From: Vitrella brassicaformis CCMP3155
Lineage: Eukaryota; Protista; Chromerida
Assembly: GCA_001179505.1 (NCBI GenBank)
Contig: CDMY01000781.1
Coordinates: 1-64,000, forward strand
Reading direction: 5' to 3'
Length of the DNA stretch: 64,000 nucleotides
In this document: positions 63,985-64,000 of the stretch, piece after piece
Layout of the letters: each line of letters opens with the position of its first letter
Position numbering within the stretch: the first letter of the stretch is position 1
Position numbers and translations under genes: made by a program
The notes under the pieces: model-generated
What the model saw: only the letters and a program-made list of their open reading frames with translations
Databases searched by the model: none
Told to the model about the DNA's origin: nothing

Positions 63985-64000
63985 CTACTCACGGACCAAC

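Overview
GC-rich (about 60%), intron-dense eukaryotic genomic DNA. Introns are short and full of (AC)n, (GT)n, (GACA)n and (CCAT)n repeats. An ApiAP2 transcription factor, plastid proteins with bipartite leaders and a PTS1 (SKL) protein point to a chromerid alveolate, most likely Vitrella brassicaformis (inference). All exon joins were reconstructed by hand. Positions 1-14.7 kb form an accessory block: lineage-specific repeat and ankyrin genes, several frameshifts, a 300-N gap and an inverted segmental duplication. Positions 15-64 kb form a mostly conserved-gene block, largely in head-to-head pairs: sulfotransferase/PRP46, alpha/beta hydrolase, FtsX-type permease/plastid ATP-ADP translocase, RNR small subunit/aspartate aminotransferase, H1-like and HMG-box-like genes, SnoaL-like/MFS, ApiAP2/CBM25-like, CCDC137-like/coiled-coil, an unknown membrane protein and a GT17 glycosyltransferase. 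The most striking unexplained signals are cis-acting. (1) An 8-mer, TGCGAGCT, often as an inverted pair, lies in the 5' region of most genes. (2) A 21-mer, ATCGCTGCCTACATTTTATAT, occurs as direct repeats bracketing two unrelated ~0.85 kb mini-genes 31 kb apart. (3) Introns are polarised, with AC repeats at the 5' end and GT repeats at the 3' end, including a GC-AG intron, which suggests structure-assisted splicing. No rRNA, tRNA, CRISPR array or transposase was recognised.
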